This document shows positions 50,771-64,000 of a DNA stretch of 64,000 nt, one piece after another. The position numbers and the translations under genes are program-made. Position 1 is the first letter of the stretch, and each line of letters opens with the position of its first letter. A model generated the notes under the pieces. It was not told where the DNA came from. It did not search any database and saw only the letters and a list, made by a program, of their open reading frames with translations. The stretch is from Octopus vulgaris (taxonomy: Eukaryota), in contig OX597828.1 in the NCBI GenBank assembly GCA_951406725.2, positions 69,688,001 to 69,752,000 of the forward strand, in the 5' to 3' direction.

Positions 50771-52300
50771 CCAAATATGGTCATACAGTGATGTGCAATG
50801 CATCATAACCATATATGGTTAAATCACATATAAGTCACAACCAAATATGGTCATACAGTGATGTGCAATGCATCATAACCATATATGGTTAAATCACATA
50901 TAAGTCACAACCAAATATGGTCATATAGTGATGTGCAATGCATCATAACCATATATGGTTAAATCACATAAGTCACAACCAAATATGGTCATATAGTGAT
51001 GTGCAATGCATCATAACCATATATGGTTAAATCACATATAAGTCACAACCAAATATGGTCATAGTGATGTACAATGCATCATAACCATATATGGTTAAAT
51101 CACATATAAGTCACAACCAAATATGGTCATACAGTGATGTACAATGCATCATAACCATATATGGTTAACCCTTTCGTTACCAAACCGCCCAAAGCCGCCC
51201 GAAAAAAATTTTGGTTAATGTGACCAAACCACCCAAACCTGCCCGAATTTACCTATTCATATTTAAATGAGAATATCAGAGCAAATCTCTTTAGTACATT
51301 CGTGAAAACACGTATTATACTTCGTAAACAGTTCAACTACAGTTTTGTACAATAATCGAAGTGTAATTTTAATTTCGTGAATTTTGGGAGATTTTTTTCC
51401 GAAATTTGTTCCTTTTGTGTTTTCAAAATTTGTAATTCTGACAAAAAATGGATACGAATTTCATTATATCAAGCAGCGAGTCAGAATTCGAAGGATTTTC
51501 TACTGAAGACCTTCATAAATCTAACTCTATGACTGAAAAAAAAAAGCATGTGGTATTTGATAATGAATCTGATGTTTCATTTTCCGAAAGTGAAAACTGA
51601 ATCTTAGAGCTCCGACAGCGATAAAGAAAACGAATTGGCACCTGAATGGAGTTAAAATTTAAAAACTGTTTCTTTCGGTGATTTTTCTGAAGAAACTGGA
51701 CCAAGCCACAGACTTTCCCAGAGGAGTAAAGCCTTAGACTATTTCTTTTTACTTTTTCGAATGAGCCTATTTGAAATCATTACGGCGAAAACGAACCGTT
51801 ACGCTAAACGTAAACAAAGCGAAAGAAACGATAGTTTGTGGTTTCCAACCAAACCTTAAATGAAATTAAGACTATTTTGCCATAAATATTATTATGGGTA
51901 TCAGAAAGTTACCCAGAATAACAAATTCTATCGTAAAATTTTGTTGTATACCCAATTGAATATTAGCTAATAACCCATTTTCTATAGCGATGTTTGAACA
52001 AAATTTTAATAATTTTATATTTTGTTGAATTTACCTGTATCTACCTGCAATTAGAGTCACTTTGTGACAAAAATTATAGTATAGAATTGGTTGAGAATAT
52101 TTCATTAAATTATCTTCCAAAAATCAGATTAATATATCGATAAATAAAAAAGTTATAGTTGTTTAATGAAACCAGACTAAATTTATGATTACGTTAGAAA
52201 TTAATTGAAACACATAAGGGGTGTAATTTGGTCAGAAATATAGTAACGAAAGGGTTAAATCACATATAAGTCACAACCAGATATGGTCATACAGTGATAT
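50771..52300. repeat. 68-70-bp minisatellite (~6 near-identical units) split by the piggyBac
   Basis: Unit ccaaatatggtcatacagtgatgtgcaatgcatcataaccatatatggttaaatcacatataagtcacaa starts at 50771, 50841, 50911, 50979, 51049, 51117 and resumes at 52255. Confidence 0.93.
51169..52254 (+). mobile_element. Internally deleted piggyBac element (1086 bp)
   Basis: TTAA TSDs, TIRs CCCTTTCGTTAC/GTAACGAAAGGG; remnant transposase MDTNFIISSSESEFEGFS..LDYFFLLF..TNRYAK..WFPT..IIMGIRKLP. Confidence 0.9.
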
Positions 52301-52831
52301 AATGCTATATCTAATTACACTACAATACAGCTATGGCCATACATTGAGCATTTGGTAGGCCATTGGTCTGTGATATAACTGACCATACAACCACATTGTG
52401 AGTTGAGGAAAGGTAAAATTTGGTCGTATATGATGGATTGCTGGAGATAGGCATGTTACCTCGTTAGATAGGCATGTTACCTGCTGTCATACACACGTCT
52501 TTCGTGATTACACAGTCATACAAAGATTCAGAGTCAATTATGGTAACCCACTGATGCCCAGGTGTATGCCCAACTGGACGTAGCAACCCACAATTCAGAC
52601 AGGTTAACCCTGTATTCAAAAATCATGATCATTTCATGTTTGCTTTGAAAAGTGGCAAGTTTCAGGGTGGTGTGGAGGTTCTAAAGTCATCTTCAATAAT
52701 ATGCAAATATGGAAACCCTAAATTCAGATAGGGTGACCAAATGTTCAAATAGAGTGACCCAGTACCAAACAGTACCCATCATCATAATTGTCATCTCCAA
52801 CTAAGACTACAGTAACACACTGGTCACTTAC

Positions 52832-52990
52832 CTGCTGTCCCACCAAATCTGTTGCTTCTTCTTGGTCACTTACTGTCCACTGATTGTCGTCCGAGCTGCC
52901 CAATACAGCAGTGAAGTCAATGGACAAGGGAGTGTCCCCAGAAGGGTTCTGCAGCAGTTTGTCAACCCCAAACTTCAGAATATCTTGCAG
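52832..52990 (-). CDS. CHD1L: CHD1L exon (LQDILKFGVDKLL...QWTVSDQEEATDLVGQQ)
   Basis: tttgcag / gtaagt; ILKFGxDKLL conserved. Confidence 0.93.
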
Positions 52991-53699
52991 CTGCAAAATG
53001 AAACACAAACATCATCATCATCATCAACATTATCACCATCATCATCATCATCAAACCCACCACCAAGCCCAGGCTACTGCCACCCCTTAAACAGAACAGA
53101 TGAATTAATGAAAAAGCCTCTAGGCAATCATACAAACTGCTAGAAATATCAGCTAAACGCAGTGCTTTATAAAAGGAAGGACACAGTGAATAATATATCA
53201 TCATCGTTTAACGTCTGCTTTCCATGCTAGCATGGGTTGGACAATTTGACTAAGGGCTGGCGAACCAGATGGCTGCACCCGGCTCCAGTCTTGATCTGGC
53301 AGAGTTTCTACAGCTGGATGCCCTTCCTAATGCCAACCACTCCGAGAGTGTAGGGGGTGCTTTTACATGCCACCGGCACGGGGGCCAGTCAGGCGGTACT
53401 GGCAACGACCTCGCTCGAATCATTTTACACATGCCAACGGCACAGGTGCCAGTAAGGCAATGCTGGTAACAATCACGCTTGAATGGTGCCTCTTACATGC
53501 CACCAGCACAGAAGCCAGTTAGCCGCTCTAACAGTTGTAACATCTCTCATCGGTTGGATCAGGCTTGACCTAGGGTTAAACAACACTAATAAGCTATATA
53601 TTATGTACTAAATATGAGCCAATGAGAAGGCTTCTCTATTTTCTAGACATATTAGAAAGAAGCATCTGAATCTCCCTCAAATACCATCTTTTTATCTTA

Positions 53700-54315
53700 G
53701 ACCTTTTGTTTCCCAGAATTCTGTTAGAATATTCTGCTTTTATTTTAATTAATTTTGAAAATGATCTCTTAATTCTTTTACTTGTTTCAGCTTTTTAGAC
53801 AGCAGCCATGCTGGAGCACCACCTCAAAGGGTTGAACAAATCGACCCCAGGACTTATTTTTAACCTGGGACATATTCTAAGTCTTTTTTTTTTTCTGCCA
53901 AACTGCTAAATCACAGAGACATAAACAAACCAACACCGAATACGAAACAGTGGAAGAAGAAATACCAACATAAAGGCACACACCCATGAAGGACTTCTAC
54001 ACAAATTTTGTCGGCCAAATTCACTGAGAAGGCATTAGCCAAGCCCAGGGTGGTTAGCAGAAGAGACAAGCCCAATGTGCCATGTGTTGGGACTGAACCC
54101 AAAACCACATGGTTGAAAAAAGGGGCCTCTTAACCACACTGCCATTCCTGCACCTGAAGAATTTAGTAAAATAACTTAGTCATAATTAAGCTGGGGTTTG
54201 GACACTTAAATTTAGACAGAATATTGATGGAAGGCTGAATTTTGATCCCTTTAAAAGAAAGTTTGAATCACAGAAGCAGGGGGGGAGGTCCCAAGGGGGT
54301 TGACATCAAAAAGGG
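53700..54315 (-). mobile_element. Old piggyBac-type MITE, same family as 6795-7556, interrupted by a SINE
   Basis: catcaaaaaggg|TTAA at the right end, decayed accttttgttt at the left end; shared AT-rich body. Confidence 0.5.
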
Positions 54316-54382
54316 TTAACCAAGGAAAAGTCCTTTTAAGAATGTATTTTAAAATACAAACCCTTTGACCAGAGGCCCTTAC

Positions 54383-54551
54383 CTTGACTTTATCGTCAGT
54401 GATGGAAGAAATCTGTGAAGCTTTCTGAGTTTTCAATGAAAAGTTTCCGTCCTCAATGACACGCTTGGTTAATTTCAGTTTCACTGCACTTCGTTGGAAG
54501 ATGATGTCTTCAACTGTGTCAGCACCGATGAGGCGTATAATTTTCACTGGG
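54383..54551 (-). CDS. CHD1L: CHD1L exon (PVKIIRLIGADTVEDIIFQRSAVKLKLTKRVIEDGNFSL...)
   Basis: accag / gtaagg; matches ALC1 VKVIRLIGRDTVEEI..KLxLT..IEGGHF. Confidence 0.95.
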
Positions 54552-55954
54552 CTGGTTAACAGGTGAAAAACAGAGAGAGAGAGAGTCAACCAGACAGGTA
54601 TATAAGTATATGGTTGAGAGGGGGAACTGGGAGAGAGAAAGAGATAGGGATATATATATATATATATATATAGTGGTGGTGAGTAGAGGTGAGAGAGAGA
54701 GATGGAGATGTGGGAGCAAGTAGATATGGAAGAGAGAGAGAGACAGGGAGATATATACAGTGGTGGTGGTGAGTAGAGTATATATACCTATTTCTTTACT
54801 ACCCACAAGGGGCTAAACACAGAGGGGACAAACAAGGACAGACAAACGGATTAAGTCGATTACATCGATCCCAGTGCATAACTGGTACTTATTTAATCGA
54901 CCCCGAAGGGATGAAAAGCAAAGTCGACCTCAGCAGAATTTGAACTCAGAACATAGCGGCAGACAAAATACCGCTGAGTATGCTAACGTCTCTGCCAGCT
55001 CACCGCCTTATAGAGTATATACACCAGCATCATGCAAATGGCTCCTGTGCTGGTGGCATGTAAAAGCACACATTTAACCTCGAGTGGTTGGCATTAGGAA
55101 GGGCATCCAGTCATCAGCAGTCTGTGTAAGGCTCTGCATTTAAGCCAGACCCCCCCCCCATAACCCATCTTCCTAGCACTCACTCTTCCATCTCCACATA
55201 TTTCATCCCCAACACTTCTGTGCCATCAGTTTCCCTTCTCCTCAGAGTCACCTCCCCATGGCACCTGCCTCACATTCTCAATATCGTTCCATACCATTAT
55301 TGAAAACCATCTGATATTGAACATCAACCCCCAACCCTGACCTTATCCGTCACTCTCCTTTTTTTTTTTTAATGATTTCAGTCAGTTGGTCGTGGCCATG
55401 CTGGAACACTACATTCTACCAAGGTGGTTATTTATAATCAAATACACCAACCCCAGCACCACTTTGCATTTCACCGATCTCAAGAAAAACTCAAGCCATT
55501 TAGGCCTTTAGTTTAAAGGGAGATAACTCAGGCAGGCATGAGTATTTACAAGCGATTCTTAATGGCGGCAACGGTTTAATTGCAACATCAGCATCCTCAT
55601 CATAATCGTTTTCTATGCTGTTATAAGTTGGTTGGGATTTTTTGAGGCAGTGTTTCATGGCTGGAGGTTCTTCGTGATGCCATCTCTTAGTCGGCCCTTA
55701 CAACAAGCAAAATTACAGATGTGTGTGTGTGTGTGTGTGTATTGTTAGCTTTGCATCATCGATGCATTGTTAGATAAGAAGATGTCTCTTATTTCATATC
55801 TGTTCAAAAACATGAGACAAACAGACGAATTGTTGACAGGAGAAGCGACGACAACGACTCTGCTTGTAGAACGTGACTTGCAGAAAAGGGGAAATGGAAA
55901 CAAAACAGGCACCACACACACAAACATGCATATAGACAAATAGATAAGCAGAAG

Positions 55955-56110
55955 AGTGGCAGAGTGGTTAAGAAGTTTGTTCCCCAACCATGTGGTTTTG
56001 AGTTCCGTCCCTCTGTGCCTCACTTTGGGTGTCTTCTAGTATAGCTGCAGGCCAACCAAAGTGTTCTCAGTGGATTTGGTAAGCAGAAACTGAAAGAAGT
56101 CCATTGTAAT
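55955..56110 (+). mobile_element. tRNA-derived SINE family C (CORE-like) followed by (TG)n; other copies at about 6150(-), 22310(-), 26535(-), 41795, 47288, 58065, 63140-63460(-)
   Basis: tggc..agtggttaagaag A-box, gagttc B-box, ttgggcaagtgtcttcta core, ggatttggtagacggaaactgaaagaagcc, then (TG/TA)n. Confidence 0.75.
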
Positions 56111-56891
56111 GTGTGTGTGTGTGTGTGTGTCTGCATGTAACCTGGTCTGGACATGATGTGATGGTTGTAGACACACATGGCTGTTATATAAGGGATGCTA
56201 CATGTTGCTAGTCTGCCATGAAAAGCATGTCTGGTCATGGAGAAATATCACCTTGCTTGGAAACAGTTTAATGTTGATGACAGGAAGAGCATCCAGCAAT
56301 AGGAAGTCGGCCCCAACCAATTCTGTCTGCCCCCATGCAAGCACGGAAAAGGATGTACAGGTGAGTGGACAAACAAAAGGAAAAGGTATAAAGAATAATC
56401 CAAAACCAAAGTGTGTCAGTGTATTGTTTAATTTGCTTCAACCAGCGACACACTGGGAGGGTGAATCCGATCAGCCATCTGAATCCCCAGGCTCCTCTCC
56501 CACCTAACCAGAAGTCCCTTCTCTGTGAACCAGCTCACTAGTCAGCCCACAGTGTAATTCCTGTCTACAGTTCGTCTGTTATCATTCCATGAGCAGTGCC
56601 CTTCAAAGGCATTCAACACATTTAATAGGAGTTATTATTTAAATTAGTTAGATTCGGTTCAATGTGACTTAAAGTTTCACCGGCTTCTAACAGAAATCTG
56701 GGTCTTTCCATACCATGTGACCCACAGTGCCCCAATAGAACCCCATTTTCCAGAAGCCATCTTGGACTTGATGTGTTTCTTCATTCAGTAATCTGAGAAT
56801 GAATGAGATGGGTTTCTGTCAGAAAGCTGCAAAACATTAAATTGCATTGAACCAAATCGAATGGTTTCAAATTATAATAAAAATTTTTTAA

Positions 56892-56972
<81 letters not shown>

Positions 56973-57053
56973 AAGAGAGAGAAAGAAGATATTAATGAAA
57001 ATGAATGAGAGATGGTAGGAAAGACATTGAATAGTGAGAGATTAGTAACATAC

Positions 57054-57168
57054 CGAGATTGACCAAAACGGTGTGACCTGGCCACAGCCTGGAGGTCCAT
57101 CTGTGGGTTGAGGTCACTATCAACAAATATCACAGTATCAGCTGCTGTCAGGTTTAGTCCTTGACCAC
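57054..57168 (-). CDS. CHD1L: CHD1L exon ([38 protein letters not shown])
   Basis: SNF2 motifs V/VI; ccag / gtatgt; phases 1/2. Confidence 0.96.
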
Positions 57169-58209
57169 CTGGTTGGAGAGAATGGTCACAACAGTAACAA
57201 CAACAATACCATTACCAACATCAGCAATATTTAAATTACAACAATTTTGATATTGTAAATGCTACAGTAATACTTATGTGTGTTAGTAACAACAACAACA
57301 GCAAAGTGTTCTCAATGTGGAGCTACGTTCTATGAAATTTTATTTTGCATACAGCATTCACTGAATGCCCCTTTCATCCCTCTTTCTCCAGTATGCCCCC
57401 ATCATTTTGCCAACAGCAGCCCTACCCACCATTACCTCTGTTCATCTCCCTTTGTTTCCACCCTTATGTACCTCTGGCTTTGTCCCTGGCACTGTGCATC
57501 TCTCCTGCACCCAAACCCCACACACTCCCCATCATCTTTGCCTATTACCTCCCTCACCCACATCTACTTCCCCACCTCCCCTGCCAGTTGATATTCACCA
57601 TCGAACATCATTACCACTACTACTGACCCCCTCCATCACCACACCCATCCCTGACCAATGCTTTAGTGCCCTAATTTCTTCAATGGGGCAACAGTCCGAC
57701 CAACCACTTGTCTCGATCCTGTATCATCTCTGTTGCAACCCCGCCCCCTTACATCCCAAGATCCATCCTCACCACAAACTCCCCCGTGTCTCCTTCTTCA
57801 AGACATATTTCATTTAATGTCAACCGAAATGAAATTCAAAAATACCCCGCAGTGTCTTTCATCTTCCCCTCTCTCCCCACCCTTAACAACAACAGCACAC
57901 CCATCCTGGGTCCAGAGTTCATCCTTATCTACCCCTGCTCTTAGAAACAGATGTTGATGTGGTAGTTGTGGCATACATCTCTACACCCTTACATTGTCCA
58001 TTTAGGGTCCTTCGCCACTGAGCCCTCATCGGCCATCGCACACAGCATATATCTACACTAACATGGGGCAGGTATGGCTGTGGTGTTAAGGAGTTCACTT
58101 CCAACCACATGGTTTCAGGTTCAATCCTAGTGTGTGGTGCCTTCGACTACAGACTCAAACTGATCAAAGTTAAGTCAGTGGATTTGGCTGAGAGAAACTG
58201 ACAGGAGCC

Positions 58210-58268
<59 letters not shown>

Positions 58269-59356
58269 ACGTGTCTCCTTGTCTTGACATCACATGACAC
58301 TTACAAAGAAATATCACCACTGTGAAAGCAGTGTCCTTCATGTCCGATCATCCATAGAAACACATCCAGCCATGGGGGAAATATTACCTTGTTTGGAAAC
58401 AGGTGGGGATTGATGACAGCGAGGGCACCCTGTTGAAGAAAATCTGCCTCAATGAAATTCTCTCAGATCCATGCAACCATGAAAAAGTGGCCATTAAACT
58501 GATGACACGAAATTGATTTTAATGTCTCTCCACTTTCTCAACTCGTTTTGTGCCCCATCTTGTAATAAATATGACATGGTCAACATCTCGCAGTCATCCT
58601 GTCTCCCGTAACTGTCTTTATAATTCCATGTGGGACACCAAATTTCCTTCCACTAAACACCTCTTCAGATAAGTCACCCCAATCTACTTACTAACAAGTA
58701 AGACAAAAATGGAAAAGGTCATCCTAGAAATACCCGCTTGTTTTAACCATATTGATGATGATGATGATATGTACCAAGTGAGAGGAGATACCCTATGCAA
58801 GGTACAGGGTATTGTCCAGGAAAGAAATATCCCCCATCATGAAATATACACTAACACGGTTTATGAATGGGTGAATGTTAGAAGTTGTAAACTAAGGTTG
58901 GAGAGTTTGGTTAATTTTTAGGAGTCACTGGTCACTCCCCACCCCTTATACACCCTTCAACTCTGTTCAATCTCCACAGTTGCAGCTTATCTCCTCACTC
59001 TTCTCCCATTTCCCTATCTCTTACCCAGACCCCTTACACTCTTGCATATATTCCTCCACCCATGCTCCTAGTTCCTTTGTCCTTTGTATCCACCTTATAT
59101 CTTGAGGGGCCATTTGGGCACCTAAGCACCACTATCTATATTTATCCCTTTGCACCAACACCAGACCATTTTCTCCCTGTTTTTTCTAAATGTAACCACG
59201 TAACACCTTCACAAGAACCTGCTCTGTACCCTGCCTGATGCAGTCTTTGGAGCCATCGGATCCTGTCAAACTGCCCAACCAATGCCAACATGAAGGATGG
59301 ATGTTGATGATGGGGAGAGTTACGAAGGCAAAAAAAGGTCTGGACTCAAGACTCAC

Positions 59357-59470
59357 CTGCACGGGTGCTCAACAGAAATATGAAGGTCCCTTCATCACGA
59401 TTGAAGTTCTGGACGGCAAGAAAACGTTCATCTCCTCGTGTGGAACCATCAAGTCTCTCGTAAGTGTAGC
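59357..59470 (-). CDS. CHD1L: CHD1L exon, helicase-C ([37 protein letters not shown]); 5'-most exon found in the window
   Basis: Minus-strand tttag / gtgagt; SNF2 RLDGS and FLLSTRAG motifs; matches ALC1 YERVDGSVRGEERHLA. Confidence 0.95.
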
Positions 59471-61082
59471 CTAAACATCAGTGAACACATGAAATGATAA
59501 ATAATCATTGTTACTTCGTTGAAAACTGGGTTTTTGGATTACCACATTACCTCCAATATTAACTTAACTCCCTGAGTTAAGTCAGATGGGGATAAAACAA
59601 AAGTTGTATATATTTTACACCAAAATATGAGAAAATGTAGGGAGTGAGAGGTGTCAACTGGTCTGGCTTAATCATGTGACAATATAAGACAAAAAGAAGG
59701 AATGCAACGAAATGACATGGCTGTTGTTTCTAGCATGGCACCATATATTAACAGAAATAGTTGGATGGACATCAAAGCTTTGAAATCTTTGAGGTTGAAA
59801 TATGTACTCAGGCTGATGCTAATTTTGCTTTTCTTCTCTTTAGAGTCAATAAAATACCAGTCATGAACTGGGGGTTGATTTTTCTTCCCTTTTGACTTTC
59901 TCACTCTTTCTGTGGAGGTAACCTGATTGTGCTTAGATCTGGAGAGGGTTAAACCTCTGTCAAGTTTAAATAACCAAGGCATGCCATATTTCACAACAAC
60001 ATATCCAAGGACTCCAGCAGATGTTGAAGCCTTAACAAAGGAAAGGAAAAAGCATAAAAGGCCCATGCAAACATGAATCCATATCGGTGAACACACAGAC
60101 ACCATGGAGAGAGAGAGAGAGAGGGAGAGAGATGCAGTTAACAGCTGCAGGTGGTGAGGCCAGTGTATAACTGAAGAATGTTTCATCAAAGTATGTCATT
60201 GAATCTTGAGTGGAACCGACAAAGCCATTGCTATGGAAACAAATTGCGACAGAAACACAGACGGAAACTTTTGAGCATCAAAACTCTCAAAATGGCTGTA
60301 GCTGGGTTACACCAAGTGAGAAAGGGATTCATTCACGACCTTTTAAAGGGTCTCTGACACTTGTAGGAAGGAGGGAGGGGACAAAGGCGTCCAGAAACAG
60401 AAGACCTGGTCCATGTGCTTGCAGCGGAATGGATTCTGCTAAAGGTACCCAGGGACCGGGTGGTGGTGGTGGTGTTTGGCTGGGCGATGGATTAAGAATA
60501 CCAAACAAGTAGACTATGGTGAGATTTGAACTCAGAGTACAGCACACACAAGATGTCTCATGCAGAGCTTTAACGACCCCCACTCATCTGCTGCCCTAAA
60601 TCCAGACTTCATTGATCGACCTCCAAAACACTGGAAAGTATTCTTGTGTGTGACACATTTGGAACATCTGTGGATCCAGCAGAAACTGTTATCAAAACTG
60701 ATAAACAACAACAACAAGAGAAACAAAACCAACCAGGGAACCTCTACATGGTAGCTTGATAGGCTAGAAACAACAGTCAAATCACCCTCAAGTCATATTT
60801 TACTATCTTCAAAAATGTTAAGGGTTTATTGAGTACTGTAGTCTGAGGCAGAAGTCTAAAAAAACGGCGATTGGAGCTGGAATGTCTTTGAGTATTGATG
60901 TGCCCCAGATTTGGAGCTAAACAAAAGCAACAACAACAACAACATCAATTAAAACCTAATGAAACAGGCTGCAACCAACTGGAAAGTTGATCAAATGAGA
61001 CTGTGTGTGTGTGTGTGTGTGTGTGTCTGTGTATACACACACATTTATATATGGCATGATTATAGAGTGCATGGAAAGATAA

Positions 61083-61128
<46 letters not shown>

Positions 61129-61379
61129 GTATGGGTACAGGACGTCACCAACAGTAAACAACATGAAATATGAAAACAAATGAGTTCAATATGCAAACAA
61201 CGAGAGAAACAAATAGAAAACAGGACAGTAACATAAAGAACGACCCTTCATCAGTTGTAGGCTGTCCATCTACTCATTCTGAGCATTGAACTATGAGTCT
61301 TCGAAGACAGTTGCTACCATAAGTATGAAAATAAAATTTGGGATTTATGGAGGGTCATAGTTGGGAACAAAAACAAGAC

Positions 61380-61920
61380 ACATACATATATAAGTATGTG
61401 TGTGTATATATATATATATATATGATGATGATGATGAATGAATAGATATATAGTGATATTATATATATATATAAAACCACACACACACACACATATATAA
61501 ATATGTATATATATGTATCAGGTTTTGTGGAAGTATGTGTGTGTGTCAGATTAATTGGTTATCTAAGAGGTGTGTGTACAGAGCAGGTGTCTTGGATGTG
61601 AGAGTAGGTGTGCATGTGTGTGTGTGTGTATATATTTATACATACATATATATATATATATACACACATATATATATATATATAGTACACACACACATAT
61701 ATAAGTACATATGTATGTGTGCATAGACATAGGTATATATATGCACATGTTTCTATATGAAGTGATTGTGTAGGAGGTGTATATATATATATATATATAT
61801 ACATCTGTACATGTGTAGACAGCTTGTCTATGTATGTATAGTGTCTATATGGATATATGTGTGAGTGTTTAGGAGGTGTGTGTTTATGTGTGAGAAGTGC
61901 GTGTATGTAAGTGTATTAGT
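61380..61920. repeat. Compound (TA)n/(CA)n/(TG)n microsatellite field; representative of many, e.g. 6007-6150, 8863-8925, 56894-56990, 58212-58266, 62217-62355
   Basis: Directly visible dinucleotide runs. Confidence 0.9.
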
Positions 61921-62214
61921 ATGACAATAATTAAGCTATTTTAGTCAAGTGACAATAAAATATAATATTTTGAGTGTATATCTAGGTGACATATGGTGTA
62001 TACAAGTCATTTTATATCCACAAGTGCACTATAAAAATACAAGAGCTACTTTTAGGCACGCACACAGGTACGATGTACTGGTGTGTATAATAAGTACATT
62101 AAAACACTTCTATAAAGTACAAGTCAGAGAGGTACTTTAATAGGCACAAACACAGTGTCTCTGTGACATGATGTGATAGGGGTACAATATAACGCCCCTT
62201 GTCTGAGAACTGAC

Positions 62215-62266
<52 letters not shown>

Positions 62267-64000
62267 GTAGGAGGGAGAGAGAGAGAAAGAGGTAGGAGGG
62301 AGAGAGAGAGAAAGAGGTAAGAGGGAGAGACAGAGAGGAAGGAGGGAGAGAGAGATGGTTTTTCTGGCAAAGGAGAATACCTATTTCTTTACTACCCACA
62401 AGGGGTTAAACACAAAGGGGACAAACGAGGACAGACAAACGGATCAAGTCGATTACATCGATCCCAGTGCGTAACTGGTACTTAATTTATCGACCCCGAA
62501 AGGATGAAAGGCAAAGTCAACCTTGGCGGAATTTGAACTTAGAATGTAAAGACAGCTGAAATTCCGCTAAGCATTTTCGCCCGGCGTGCTAACGTTTCTG
62601 CCAGCTCCCTCCTTTTGGCAAAGGAGAAACCTATCAGTGTTGCTGCTGAACAAAATTTTCTCTCATGTAAGACAACCTCAATGAATGATAATAACTCGTA
62701 ATTATCAGACTCAATTAACCTTTAGTCACAGGGGGTCCTCCTCTGACATAAGCAGGAGCTGTGCAAACAATTAAAGAGGGGACTCAGTTACCAATGAAAT
62801 CCCAATAAAGGATTTGAAACTAATCTGGCTGAGACCTTATTTGTCCAAGAAAACAAGGTTTGGTCATGGCTAAAAATCTAGATATGGTTTGCAGTACATA
62901 ATAGCATCCTTTCGGCTTTTATCGTTTACTTGTTCCAGTCATTAGACTGCGGCCATGCTGGAGCATTACCTTGAAGAATTTTTTAGTTGAATGAATTGAG
63001 CCCAGGACTGATTCTTTTTGCTCTTGTAAACCTGGTACTTATTCTATCAGTCCCTGTTGCTGAACTGCTAAGCCATGGGGATGTAAACACACCAACACTG
63101 GTTGTCAAGCAGCGGAGACACACACGCGTGCACACACACACATACAATGGACTTCTTTCAGTTTCTGTCTATCAAATCCACTTAAAAGGATTTGGTCAGC
63201 CTGAGGCTATAATAGAAGACACTTGCCAAGGTGCCATGCAGTGGGTCTGAACCTGGAACCCTCTCTCTCTTTCGGAGAGGCACAAGCACCTACACGCACA
63301 TATACACACACGGCAGTAACTTCCACCTGCCGAATTCAATCACAAAGCTTCGGTCGGCTCGGGGCTATAGTGGAAGACACCTACCCAAAGTGCCACGCAG
63401 TGGGACTGAACCCAAACCATGTAGCTCGGAAGCAAGCTCCCTAACCACACAGCCATGCCCGGTGATTCAAAAGTAAACTTCTTACCACAAAGTCACACTT
63501 GCACCAATATACAAACATAATATACATACACATATATTATGTACCTTTTACAGGAGACAGAGATTTCTGGCACAGCATGGTGGAATGCATCTTGGTTGTG
63601 ACTGCTTCAAGCAGACATCTAACATCCTCAGTATAAGCATACACACACACACACACTGGTGTGCAAACACAAACGTCTATAAAAAACCTACCTGACTGTA
63701 GAGACGGCAAGCTATTCAACAGTAACAACAACAAAGTCAACTATCACTGTAAATGAAACTAAAAACATGGTCTCCAAGCCAAAATCATAGCCAGACACTC
63801 AATACAATGAACTGGTGCATGCTGATGAGTGGTTGGTGGCAGGGAAGGCATCCAGCCATAAACACAGTGCTAAACTGGAGCATACAAGCAAGGTATGATT
63901 CGCCAAACACTCTTAGGAAAGGCAATAACTTCAAATAGAAACTGACTTGTTTAGTGATGATCAATCCTGGCTATCCAGCATGGAAAGCAGATGTAAAATG

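Noticed and set aside
50771-51168. Regularly spaced repeats resembling a CRISPR array
   Set aside because: Units are contiguous and near-identical with no unique spacers; eukaryotic intron, no cas genes
61150-61375. Penelope-like terminal fragment with CTGATGA (minus strand), possible hammerhead ribozyme
   Set aside because: No properly placed GAAA or stem II could be identified; at most a decayed repeat
59471-64000. Next upstream CHD1L exon (expected GHRVLLFSQMT..LDILQDY)
   Set aside because: Not found on the minus strand; presumably beyond the window end. ORFs here are repeats or LINE-like debris (e.g. 60200-60450)

Overview
Repeat-rich, AT-rich animal genomic DNA. The SINE families and microsatellite density suggest an Octopus/coleoid cephalopod (inference). 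The window holds two convergent, intron-rich genes, both with their 5' ends outside the window. (1) VPS50/syndetin (EARP subunit) on +: 20 coding exons from 1251 to the stop at 31954, all GT-AG, reading frame consistent across every junction. (2) CHD1L/ALC1 (SNF2 helicase-C + macro domain) on -: 16 coding exons from 59470 to the stop at 36473. Its ORF continues past the macro domain into an (ASPGP)n linker and a C-terminal BRCT domain, and it is split by two minor-spliceosome (U12) introns, one GT-AG and one AT-AC. Introns carry three high-copy SINE-like families, a full-length decayed mariner, an internally deleted piggyBac inserted into a 70-bp minisatellite, hAT and piggyBac MITEs, a Helitron, an R4/Dong-like LINE end, local duplications and microsatellites. 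A ~160-nt foldback lies just after the VPS50 stop. Most ORFs in the supplied track are spurious repeat or microsatellite translations. No prokaryote-type system (CRISPR etc.) was found. All homology calls come from remembered family motifs, not from database searches.
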